Assembly (NCBI GenBank): GCA_965261085.1
Contig: OZ253442.1
Span: forward strand, 3,904,001-3,968,000
Direction of reading: 5' to 3'
DNA: 64,000 nt
Origin: a bacterium
GTDB lineage: Bacteria; UBA8248
In this document: positions 1 through 8,424 of the stretch, piece by piece
How positions within the stretch are numbered: the first letter of the stretch is position 1
How the letters are laid out: every line of letters begins with the position of its first letter
Made by a program: the position numbers and the translations under genes
Notes under the pieces: generated by a model
The model's database searches: none
Seen by the model: only the letters and a program-made list of their open reading frames with translations
Told to the model about the DNA's origin: nothing

Positions 1-869
1 GGACGGACCCGGACGCGCGGCTGGCGAGAACGGGCGGGGGATTCGAGCCGAGCTACAAGCAGCACGCTGTGGTGGACGACACGCGCGGGGTGGTGCTCGA
101 CGTATCGGTGACGGAGGGTACGGTGAACGAGCGTGAGGTGCTCGAATCGCAGGTGGAAGCGGTATGCGAGGTATCGGGGCGCGCGCCCGCGATGGTGACG
201 GCGGACTCTGGCTACGCCTACTCGAAGGTCTACGCGGCCCTGGAGCGCCGGGGTGTGGCCGCGCTCATTCCGGCGAAGAGGGAACCCTCGCAGAGCCGTG
301 TTCCGTTGCGCCTGTTCCGCTACGACGCGCGGCACGACATCGTGAAGTGTCCGCGCGGCAAGATACTGAGCCCCCGTCGGCCCGCAAAGGGGGGGCGTTA
401 TTATCGTTCGAAGACCCGTGATTGCGCGGGCTGCGCGCTTCGCGAGGATTGCCTGCCGAAGGCGTGGTCGAGCAAGGTGGTGTTGGTTCCGCATGCGTAT
501 CCGGCGCTGTTGCGCGCGCGCCGGCGCCATGCGCGATGGAGGGAGGAGGAGCGGCGGATGTACCGGCGTCATATGTGGCGCTCGGAGGGCTACCACGGCG
601 AGGCGAAGACCTGGCACGGGCTTGCGCGCGCGGTGCGGCGCGGTCTTGAGAACATGAAGATACAGTCCTACCTGACGGCGGCGGCGATCAACCTCAAGCG
701 GCTCTCCGCCGCACTTGCTGCAAGGTTATTCGCCCTCTGGAGGGCCTGGTCGGCCCGGGAAGAGCCTCTGTGCGTCCATCGCGGCCTCGCAAGCTGCGCG
801 GGCTTCCTGTCCGCCGCCGCGTGACCCTCCATACCGCCCGCTCCCGAAACCGGGTTATTCAACAACCCC
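1..869 (+). mobile_element. IS1182-family insertion sequence, 3' part (cut by window start)
   Basis: Transposase ORF followed by right terminal IR GGGTTATTCAACAACCCC (852-869), whose reverse complement matches the left end at 63847 at 17/18 positions. Confidence 0.88.
3..824 (+). CDS. IS1182-family DDE transposase, 5'-truncated
   Basis: Frame open from position 3: TDPDARL...YKQH, ADSGY, CP.G and CxxCxxRxxC motifs, RxxxxEG..GEAK..HGL.RA..RG C-terminus. Confidence 0.9.
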   Translation, partial: TDPDARLARTGGGFEPSYKQHAVVDDTRGVVLDVSVTEGTVNEREVLESQVEAVCEVSGRAPAMVTADSGYAYSKVYAALERRGVAALIPAKREPSQSRVPLRLFRYDARHDIVKCPRGKILSPRRPAKGGRYYRSKTRDCAGCALREDCLPKAWSSKVVLVPHAYPALLRARRRHARWREEERRMYRRHMWRSEGYHGEAKTWHGLARAVRRGLENMKIQSYLTAAAINLKRLSAALAARLFALWRAWSAREEPLCVHRGLASCAGFLSAAA

Positions 870-928
870 AATGCGGGAGTATTTGTGTTTCTTACTCTTT
901 CATCGGTCGCGTCAAACCCTCGCTCATC

Positions 929-948
929 GGGGCTTTTTCAACAGCCCC
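929..948 (+). repeat. Orphan IS1182-type right terminal IR
   Basis: GGGGCTTTTTCAACAGCCCC, ending 79 bp after the IS right end; same motif as 3439-3456. Confidence 0.7.
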
Positions 949-988
949 TCTATAGGCGGGGTCCTGGCCTTCCGTTTACACAGGAGAT

Positions 989-2098
989 ATGTTCATGCCG
1001 ATTCAGGAGATAACGGTTTGGGATACCGCCGTGGAAGTTACCCAGCAATCCAGAAACCGCTACGGGGGCGCATCCATACTCGAGAGAGTCGTGGTTCGCC
1101 TCACGAACGATGACGGAAAAGAGGGCTGGGGCGAGGCGGCGCCATTGATGTACATCACCAAAGAGACCGGCTCGGAGATGACGGCCAGACTCAGGCAGGC
1201 CGCTCCCCGGATACAGGGAAAAGAGGCGGATGAGTTGCTCGCCACGCTCGATGAGACGGTGGATTTCAAGGGCATGGGCGCCGCGCGCACAGCTCTGGAA
1301 ATCGCCGCCATCGACCTGGCCGCCAAAACCAGCCAGACGCCTTTCTCGCAGGTCTTCGGCGGGCACAAGAGAAACACCGTCACGCTAGACGGCCCCATCG
1401 GTCTCCTCCCTTATGACGAGGCCATCAAGAAGGCGGAGACGCTTGTCGATCAAGGCGTGCGCACCCTCAAGGTGAAATCGGGCGTCGACATGGAGGCGGA
1501 CGCCGAGCGCATCGTCAGGCTGCGCGAGCGATTCGGCCCGCAAATCAAGCTGAGAACGGATGCGAACGGCGGGTTTTCGCCCGAGGAAGCCCTGCGCTTC
1601 ACGGACAAGATGGTCGAGATCGGCCTCGAACACTTCGAGCAGCCCGTGCTTCCCACTGAGGAGAAGTGCATCGAAGTGTTCCGTGAAATTCGCGCCCGGG
1701 GCATGCAGGTCGCCGTGGATGAGTCGCTGTTCTCCATCGACAACGCGCGCCGCCTCGTCGATGCGGAGGCCGCCGACGTCGCCGTCATCAAGATCGCGAA
1801 ATTCGGCGGCCCGAGAAACGCCTGGGAGGTGGCGCGGGTTTTCGACGCCGCCGGGAAACCCGCTCTCTTGAGTTCGCCCTACGAATCGTATATCGCCAAA
1901 TCGGCGGGGTTCGCCCTCGCCCTGTCACTCGAGACCGCGGACAGGGCGCACGAACTCGCCCATTTTCTCGATGAGGAACCATACGCCGAGTGGAGCCACT
2001 CCATTTCAGGCGGTGAGTTCACACTGGCGGATGCCCCCGGACACGGAGCCTTGGGGCTCCCCTCCCGCGTCGAGAAGATAGCGAGAACCACGGTATAA
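989..2098 (+). CDS. Enolase-superfamily enzyme (muconate cycloisomerase/dipeptide epimerase subgroup)
   Basis: GWGEA, KxK (TLKVKSG), metal ligands DAN/EQP/DES, second Lys in IKIAKFGG; RBS CAGGAG upstream. Confidence 0.88.
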   Translation: MFMPIQEITVWDTAVEVTQQSRNRYGGASILERVVVRLTNDDGKEGWGEAAPLMYITKETGSEMTARLRQAAPRIQGKEADELLATLDETVDFKGMGAARTALEIAAIDLAAKTSQTPFSQVFGGHKRNTVTLDGPIGLLPYDEAIKKAETLVDQGVRTLKVKSGVDMEADAERIVRLRERFGPQIKLRTDANGGFSPEEALRFTDKMVEIGLEHFEQPVLPTEEKCIEVFREIRARGMQVAVDESLFSIDNARRLVDAEAADVAVIKIAKFGGPRNAWEVARVFDAAGKPALLSSPYESYIAKSAGFALALSLETADRAHELAHFLDEEPYAEWSHSISGGEFTLADAPGHGALGLPSRVEKIARTTV

Positions 2099-2120
2099 CG
2101 GAACAGAACGGACCCTTTAC

Positions 2121-3056
2121 TTGCTCAGGAGAATGAATGCGATGAGTCTCCCCACAAAGGTCGACATCGTCGAGGTCGGCACGCGAGACGGCCTCCAGAA
2201 CGAAAAGCAATACATCACGCCGGAGGATAAGATAAAACTTCTGGACACCATCACCGACGCCGGCGTTCGCCGCATCGAGGTGACGAGTTTCGTGAGTCCA
2301 AAACACGTCCCCCAGATGAGAGACGCACAGGAGGTTCTCGCAGGCTGCAAGCGCAACCCGGATACCGAGTATGAAGCCCTGGTTCCCAACGTCCAAGGCA
2401 TGGAGCGCGCTCTCGCGTGCGAACTGGACGGCGTCATGTTGTTCGTCGCCGCCAGCGAGACGTTCAACCAGAAGAACATACGCGCGAGCCGGGAGGAAAT
2501 GCTCGGGGTGGCCCGCGAAGTCGCTAAAATGGCGAAGGGAGCGAACTTGAAACTCAGAGGCGGCGTGGTCGCCACTTTCGGCTGCCCGTATGAGGGGCGC
2601 ATCTCGTATCAAGACGTGGAGTGGGTGGTCGGCGAATACGTGGACATGGGTTGTGAGGAAATCGGCCTGGCCGACACCGTGGGCATGTCGAACCCGGCCG
2701 AAATCAAAAGGCTCACTGAACATATACGCAACAAATTCCCCTCCGTCCGCTACGCGCTTCATCTCCACAATACCAGGGGATCCGGCCTGGCCAACCTTCT
2801 GGCGGGCCTGGAAGTCGGCATCGATACGTTCGACACCTCCATCGGCGGCCTGGGCGGTTGCCCGTTCGCACCGCGCGCCACCGGCAACATCTCGAGCGAG
2901 GACACGATCAACATGCTCCACGAGATGGGGATCGAAACCGGAATCGACCTGCCGAAACTACTCGAGGCCGTCGCTCATGCGGAGAAAATCCTCGATCGCC
3001 AACTGCCGGGGCAACTCCTCCACGCCGGAATCCCGGAATGGGAAATGGCGTCCTGA
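2121..3056 (+). CDS. Hydroxymethylglutaryl-CoA lyase family (DRE-TIM metallolyase)
   Basis: EVGTRDGLQNE, LADTVG, HLHNTRG, GGCPFAP; true start may be ATG 2133 or 2142. Confidence 0.92.
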   Translation: MLRRMNAMSLPTKVDIVEVGTRDGLQNEKQYITPEDKIKLLDTITDAGVRRIEVTSFVSPKHVPQMRDAQEVLAGCKRNPDTEYEALVPNVQGMERALACELDGVMLFVAASETFNQKNIRASREEMLGVAREVAKMAKGANLKLRGGVVATFGCPYEGRISYQDVEWVVGEYVDMGCEEIGLADTVGMSNPAEIKRLTEHIRNKFPSVRYALHLHNTRGSGLANLLAGLEVGIDTFDTSIGGLGGCPFAPRATGNISSEDTINMLHEMGIETGIDLPKLLEAVAHAEKILDRQLPGQLLHAGIPEWEMAS

Positions 3057-3182
3057 AGCGACTCCAGTGGATGGCGCATGAGCACTCCCGAGATTCTCGA
3101 CGGGCCACCCCGCCCCTCCCTCCTCGATAATTTTCACTCCCCCCCCTTGAGGGTCATTGGCAACTGATGAAAAAAGAATAAC

Positions 3183-3264
3183 CACTCCCCCCTTGAGGGG
3201 GAGTCGGTGAGCTAAGGGCTTAAGCCCGCAAGCGAACCGGTGGGGGGTCAATCCCGACCAAGGC
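3183..3264 (+). repeat. Structured 82-bp REP-like repeat, copy 1 (partial extra copy at 3135-3153)
   Basis: CACTCCCCCCTTGAGGGGGAGTC...GGGC-TTAA-GCCC...GGTGGGGGG; colinear copy at 63765-63846. Confidence 0.85.
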
Positions 3265-3456
3265 GGGGTTGTTGAAAAAGACCCCTTTCTAGAGAGTAGA
3301 GGGGACACCCCTTTCGACTGGTAAAAGCAACCCCCCTGTCCCCCCTTGTCAGGGGGGCTTTTCTTCCACCCCCTCGTCGGGGGGCATCGCCTTTACCCCC
3401 CTGACAAGGGGGGACAGGGGGGTTGCTCCCTTGACAAAGGCTTTTTCAACAGCCCC
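3265..3456 (+). mobile_element. 192-bp non-autonomous IS1182-type MITE
   Basis: Ends GGGGTTGTTGAAAAAG / CTTTTTCAACAGCCCC match the IS1182 TIRs; flanked by direct repeat AAGGC (3260-3264, 3457-3461); no transposase. Confidence 0.88.
3326..3427. repeat. Perfect 32-bp inverted repeat pair inside the MITE
   Basis: AGCAACCCCCCTGTCCCCCCTTGTCAGGGGGG (3326-3357) and its exact reverse complement (3396-3427). Confidence 0.92.
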
Positions 3457-3522
3457 AAGGCGGGAGGGATTGTGTTGTCTCCCCCCACTCCGGTCGGCTA
3501 CATACGCCGAATCACGGAATCA

Positions 3523-3541
3523 GGACATTTTCAACAGCCCC
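3523..3541 (+). repeat. Orphan IS1182-type right terminal IR
   Basis: GGACATTTTCAACAGCCCC, ending 85 bp after the MITE right end. Confidence 0.6.
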
Positions 3542-3680
3542 CGAAGGCAGGGAATGTCGCAGAAGCCGATCTCTTGGCGGCTTCTGCGCCGGTCGGCAAC
3601 TCCTCCCCGCCACGCCGGTTTTTCTTACTAAAATCCCGCCCGGCTCTTTCGGAAACACTTGACTTTGGGGCCCAAAGCTG

Positions 3681-3697
3681 ATTGTATGCAATATACA
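3681..3697. promoter_or_regulatory. Candidate GntR operator upstream of the decarboxylase operon
   Basis: ATTGTATGCAATATACA: near-palindrome ATTGTATGCAAT overlapping TGTAT-N5-ATACA, between TTGACT (3659-3664) and the RBS. Confidence 0.5.
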
Positions 3698-3713
3698 CTT
3701 CAGGAGACGCGCA

Positions 3714-5276
3714 TTGCCGCCCGATCCGAATCGACAAGACCCGATAGATGAACTTAAAGCGCTGACCTCCAAGGCGCAGGCGGTCGGCGGCGAGGCTTCG
3801 AAAGAGCGCCAGCACAAGCAGGGGAAGCTGACCGCCAGGGAGCGGATAGAACTTCTGCTCGACCCTGAGAGTTTTTCTGAAATCAACCTTTTCGTCGAAA
3901 CGCGCGCAACGGATTTCGGGATGGATGCACGGCGCTCCCCGGGGGACGGCGTAGTTACCGGCAGCGGATACGTGAACGGCCAGCTCGTCTTCGTGGCCTC
4001 ACAGGATTTCGGCTCCCTCGGCGGCTCTCTGGGAGAGATGCACGCCGAAAAAATCGTGAAGATACAAGAACTCGCCATGAAGGCCGGCGCGCCCATCGTC
4101 ACCATTCTCGATTCGGGCGGCGCGCGCATACAAGAGGGCGTTCTCGCGCTGCACGGCTACGCGCGCATCTTCCAGCGCAACACCCACGCATCGGGCGTAA
4201 TTCCCCAGATATCGGTGATTCTCGGCCCCTGTGCAGGCGGGGCCGTCTACTCGCCCGCCATCACGGACTTCGTTTTCATGGTCGATGGGTTGAGCAAGAT
4301 GTTCATCACCGGGCCGGAAGTCATCAAGGCGGTGACGGGAGAAGACGTATCCGCCGAGGAGTTGGGCGGCGGCGCGGTGCATAGCTCGACGAGCGGGAAC
4401 GCGCATTTTCTCGCCAAAGACGAGCGCGAATGCTTCGAGATGGTGAAAAAGCTGCTCTCCTTCCTGCCGTCGAACAATCTCGACGACCCCCCGACCTCCG
4501 AAACGCCTGAATGGCCGCCGGATGAGAACCCCGAGCTGGACGACATCGTCCCGGCGGAGGCCACACGAGCCTATGACGTTCGGGACTTGATCTCCAATGT
4601 TTTCGACGATGGTGATTTTCTCGAGGTTCACACCGATTTCGCCAAAAACATCGTCGTCGGGTTCGTGCGCTTGAGGGGGAAACCCATCGGCGTCGTGGGA
4701 AACCAGCCCACGCACTTGGCCGGCGTCCTGGACATCGACAGTTCGGATAAGCTCGCCCGCTTCGTGCGCTTCTGCGATGCGTTCAACCTCCCCATCATCA
4801 ACTTCGTGGACGTGCCCGGCTATCTGCCCGGCACGCAGCAGGAATACGGAGGCGTCATCCGGCATGGGGCAAAAGTGCTCTTCGCCTACAGCGAGGCGAA
4901 CGTGCCGAAAATCGCCTTGATCGTCCGCAAAAGCTATGGCGGCGCCTACATCGCGATGAGCGGGTTCGGCCTGGGCTACGACCGCGTTCTCGCATATCCG
5001 TTCGCCGAGATCGCCGTGATGGGTCCCGAGGGCGCCGCCAACATCATTTTCAGGCGCGAGATTAGCGAAGCCGATGATCCCGACAAGGTACGCCAGGAAA
5101 AGATAGAGGAATACCGGAGCCTTTTCGCCAAACCCTATACGGCCGCGAAACAAGGGCTCGTGGACGCCGTCATCGAGCCGCGCCACACGAGAGGCGCGCT
5201 CATCCGCGCCCTGGAGATGACCGCCCACAAGCGAGAAGACAGGCCGCAGAAAAAACACGGAAACATTCCGCTGTAA
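3714..5276 (+). CDS. mmdA: Acyl-CoA carboxyltransferase subunit (methylmalonyl-CoA decarboxylase alpha / PccB family)
   Basis: GKLTARERI, DSGGARIQEG, GPCAGGAVYSPA, DVPG, KKHGNIPL; TTG start after AGGAG; adjacent to OadG, biotin carrier and OadB genes. Confidence 0.85.
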   Translation: MPPDPNRQDPIDELKALTSKAQAVGGEASKERQHKQGKLTARERIELLLDPESFSEINLFVETRATDFGMDARRSPGDGVVTGSGYVNGQLVFVASQDFGSLGGSLGEMHAEKIVKIQELAMKAGAPIVTILDSGGARIQEGVLALHGYARIFQRNTHASGVIPQISVILGPCAGGAVYSPAITDFVFMVDGLSKMFITGPEVIKAVTGEDVSAEELGGGAVHSSTSGNAHFLAKDERECFEMVKKLLSFLPSNNLDDPPTSETPEWPPDENPELDDIVPAEATRAYDVRDLISNVFDDGDFLEVHTDFAKNIVVGFVRLRGKPIGVVGNQPTHLAGVLDIDSSDKLARFVRFCDAFNLPIINFVDVPGYLPGTQQEYGGVIRHGAKVLFAYSEANVPKIALIVRKSYGGAYIAMSGFGLGYDRVLAYPFAEIAVMGPEGAANIIFRREISEADDPDKVRQEKIEEYRSLFAKPYTAAKQGLVDAVIEPRHTRGALIRALEMTAHKREDRPQKKHGNIPL

Positions 5277-5291
5277 AATAAGGATTTCTCT

Positions 5292-5612
5292 GTGGATACA
5301 TTCATGCCCGGAATTCTGCTGACGATCATCGGCATGGGCGTCGTCTTCGCCTCTCTGATCATCTTGATGGTGGTCATCCAGCTTCTGGAGAGATTCTTCG
5401 GCGCCGGGCGGCGGGAGAACGACAAGAACGCGAAGGTTGCGAAGGCCTCACCGGAAAATGAGGATATGGATATCGTCCTCGCAGCCGCCGCCGGATATTT
5501 TCTGGAAACGGAAGGCCCCGAGATTCACGTTCCCCAGGTCCGCCGCGGCGCGAATTCCGTTTGGGCGCGAACCGCCCGTCTGGGACATCTCAACCAGCGG
5601 AGGCGGCGTTGA
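5292..5612 (+). CDS. OadG-family membrane anchor subunit (decarboxylase delta)
   Basis: N-terminal TM helix IIGMGVVFASLIIL, AAAA segment, C-terminal SxW..xR motif; operon position. Confidence 0.8.
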   Translation: MDTFMPGILLTIIGMGVVFASLIILMVVIQLLERFFGAGRRENDKNAKVAKASPENEDMDIVLAAAAGYFLETEGPEIHVPQVRRGANSVWARTARLGHLNQRRRR

Positions 5613-6016
5613 AGAATTTTCATCTGACCATCAACGGGAAACGCTACGCGGTGAGCGTCGAGCGCGACCCCGTCTCTAATGACCTCGATATCACGGTAGA
5701 CGGCCAGACGCATCGCGTCGGGGTGGAAGAAGAGGAGAAAGCCGCCTCTTCCGCTCCCCGTCCGTCCGCCGCGCGCAGGCCCTCACCCAAGCCGGTGAGC
5801 GCCGGCGGGAAAATACTGGCCCCCCTGCCGGGCGTGGTCTTATCCGTCGAAGTGGCGCCGGGCGATGCGGCGCGCGCCGGGGATACGCTTTTGGTGCTCG
5901 AGGCGATGAAGATGGAAAACGTGATTTCGGCTGATTCCGATTGTACGATTCAGGCGGTTCACGTGCAAAAAGGCGACAAGGTGGAAGCTTCTCAACTTCT
6001 GATGGAGATTTCATGA
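5609..6016 (+). CDS. mmdC: Biotin carboxyl carrier subunit
   Basis: EAMKM biotinylation motif, APLPG, Ala/Pro linker; TTG start overlaps the upstream stop. Confidence 0.88.
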   Translation: MKNFHLTINGKRYAVSVERDPVSNDLDITVDGQTHRVGVEEEEKAASSAPRPSAARRPSPKPVSAGGKILAPLPGVVLSVEVAPGDAARAGDTLLVLEAMKMENVISADSDCTIQAVHVQKGDKVEASQLLMEIS

Positions 6017-7137
6017 GCAGCTTGTTTTCCTCTGTCGCCGATTTCATCTCCGTCACCGGCTTTTCCGCGCTGAACGCCGGGGACGTCCTCATGCTCGGCA
6101 TCTCCTGCCTCCTGCTCTACCTGGCCATCCAGAAAGGTTTTGAGCCCCTGCTCCTCGTGCCCATCGGATTCGGCATGCTGCTTTCGAACCTCCCTGAAAC
6201 CGGCATTTTCGATGAGGGAGGCCTCATCCGTTATTTCTACTTCGGGGTAAAGGCCGGAGTGTTTCCGCCCCTGATCTTCATGGGCATCGGCGCGCTGACG
6301 GACTTCGGCCCCCTGCTGGCGAACCCCAAGACATTATTGCTGGGCGCAGCGGCGCAATTCGGCATCTTCGCTACGCTGCTCGGGAGCATATTCCTGGGCT
6401 TCAACCTCTCTGAAGCCGGCGCCATCGGCATCATCGGCGGCGCGGACGGCCCCACGGCCATCTACACCGCGTCCAAACTGGCGCCTCATCTGCTGGGCCC
6501 CATCGCCGTGGCCGCCTACAGCTATATGGCGCTCGTGCCGCTGATACAGCCCCCCATCATGAAGGCGTTGACTACCAAGGAGGAGCGCGGGCGGGAGATG
6601 ATGCAGCTCAAAGAGATCGAGAAACCCGTTCGCATCCTCTTTCCCATCATCACGACGCTGCTCACAGGCCTCCTCCTCCCCTCAGCCGCGCCCCTCATCG
6701 GGATGCTCATGCTCGGAAATCTCTTCCGCGAGTGCGGGGTCGTCGAAAGGCTCCTCAAGACTTCCGAGGACGCGCTGCTCAACATGGTGACGATATTCCT
6801 CGGCGTCTCCGTGGGCGCTTCGATGACGGCCGAGACTTTCCTCAAATGGGAGACCATCGGCATCCTCTTGCTGGGCTTCATCGCCTTCAGCATCGGCACG
6901 GCCACCGGCGTGATCTTCGGCAAGATAATGGCCGCGTACAGCCGCACGCCGATCAATCCCCTCATCGGCGCCGCCGGCGTGAGCGCGGTTCCCATGGCCG
7001 CCCGCGTGGTGCAGAAAGTGGGCGCCGATGAAAATCCGGGTAATTTCCTGCTCATGCACGCGATGGGTCCCAACGTGGCCGGCGTCATCGGCTCGGCGAT
7101 TGCGGCCGGCGTGCTGATATCACTCATCCAAACCTGA
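6013..7137 (+). CDS. mmdB: Na+-translocating decarboxylase beta subunit (OadB/MmdB)
   Basis: [44 protein letters not shown]; ATGA overlap with upstream gene. Confidence 0.93.
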   Translation: MSSLFSSVADFISVTGFSALNAGDVLMLGISCLLLYLAIQKGFEPLLLVPIGFGMLLSNLPETGIFDEGGLIRYFYFGVKAGVFPPLIFMGIGALTDFGPLLANPKTLLLGAAAQFGIFATLLGSIFLGFNLSEAGAIGIIGGADGPTAIYTASKLAPHLLGPIAVAAYSYMALVPLIQPPIMKALTTKEERGREMMQLKEIEKPVRILFPIITTLLTGLLLPSAAPLIGMLMLGNLFRECGVVERLLKTSEDALLNMVTIFLGVSVGASMTAETFLKWETIGILLLGFIAFSIGTATGVIFGKIMAAYSRTPINPLIGAAGVSAVPMAARVVQKVGADENPGNFLLMHAMGPNVAGVIGSAIAAGVLISLIQT

Positions 7138-7152
7138 TGGAGCGACACTTTC

Positions 7153-8343
7153 ATGGCTGGACCACTCGAAGGAATCCGGGTAGTCGACCTGACGCGAATT
7201 CTCGCAGGTCCGTATTGCACGATGATGCTGGGCGATATGGGCGCGGAGATCATCAAGGTCGAAAATCCCGACGGCGGGGACGACACCCGAAGCTGGGGGC
7301 CCCCTTTCTTGAACGGCGTGAGCACGTACTTCATCTCGATTAACCGGAACAAGAAAAGCCTCACGCTCAACCTCAAAGATGAACGCGGAAAGGAGCTTCT
7401 GCGGGATTTGATTCGCAAAAGCGACATCATGGTGGAGAATTTCAGACCAGGCACACTGGATAAACTCGGGTTTTCCTGGGAGGAAATCCACCGGATCAAC
7501 CCCGCGATGATATTCGCCTCACTGTCGGGCTTCGGCCAGACCGGCCCCAGAAAAAGCGAACCCGGCTTCGACGTGGTCATCCAGGGAGAGGGCGGGCTGA
7601 TGAGCATCACGGGCGAGCCGGACGGCCCGCCCAACAAGGTGGGCGCATCCGTCGCGGACATCACGGCGGGTATGCTCGCCGCCCAGGGCATTCTGCTTTC
7701 CCTCTATCATCGCGAGAAAACGGGCGTGGGCCAGATGGTCGACATCGGGATGCTCGACGGGCAGGTGGCCCTGCTCACCTACCATGCGAACGGCTACTTC
7801 GCGACCGGAAAGATTCCGCCGAGGCGGGGGAACAAGCATCCCTCCATCACGCCGTATGAGACGTATTCGTGTAAGGACGGATACTTCAACCTGGGCGTGG
7901 GCAACGACAGCCTGTGGCGAAGATTCTGCGACGCGATGGGGCTGGGGGAGATCAAGGAAGACCCCAAATTCGCCGTCAACAAGGACCGGGTGGACAACCG
8001 CCTGGAGCTGGAGGAGATTCTCGACGCCATCTTCGCAGAGAAGACGGTGGAAGAAACGCTCGATGGCCTGCGGGGAGCGGGGGTTCCCTGCGGCCCGATA
8101 AACAACCTCGCGCAGGTGCTGAGCGAGCCCCAGGTTCTCGCGCGCGAGATGGTGGTGGACGTCGACGTGCCCGTCGCCGGCCCCACGAAGGTGACCGGCG
8201 TGCCCATCAAGTTATCCGAAACCCCGGGTAGCGTTCGGACTCCTCCACCCACGCTGGGTCAGCACACCGAAGAGGTGCTCGAATCCGTTCTCGGAATGGA
8301 TGAGGCGCAAAGAAACGCCCTTCGCCAAGAAGGCGTGGTATGA
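7153..8343 (+). CDS. Class III CoA-transferase (CaiB/BaiF)
   Basis: GIRVVDLTRILAGP, GDDTR, NRNKKS, ENFRPG, catalytic Asp in VADITAG, PPTLGQHT. Confidence 0.93.
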   Translation: MAGPLEGIRVVDLTRILAGPYCTMMLGDMGAEIIKVENPDGGDDTRSWGPPFLNGVSTYFISINRNKKSLTLNLKDERGKELLRDLIRKSDIMVENFRPGTLDKLGFSWEEIHRINPAMIFASLSGFGQTGPRKSEPGFDVVIQGEGGLMSITGEPDGPPNKVGASVADITAGMLAAQGILLSLYHREKTGVGQMVDIGMLDGQVALLTYHANGYFATGKIPPRRGNKHPSITPYETYSCKDGYFNLGVGNDSLWRRFCDAMGLGEIKEDPKFAVNKDRVDNRLELEEILDAIFAEKTVEETLDGLRGAGVPCGPINNLAQVLSEPQVLAREMVVDVDVPVAGPTKVTGVPIKLSETPGSVRTPPPTLGQHTEEVLESVLGMDEAQRNALRQEGVV

Positions 8344-8424
8344 GGCTTGAGCATGAATACCTTCGGGCGCTTCTCTCCGGCGCCGGGCCGTTGAAACTCC
8401 GTAAGGCGTCGTCTGGGGATTGAG

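Noticed and set aside
3135-3541. CRISPR array
   Set aside because: The repeats are inverted or nested, not regularly spaced direct repeats with spacers; no cas genes in the window.
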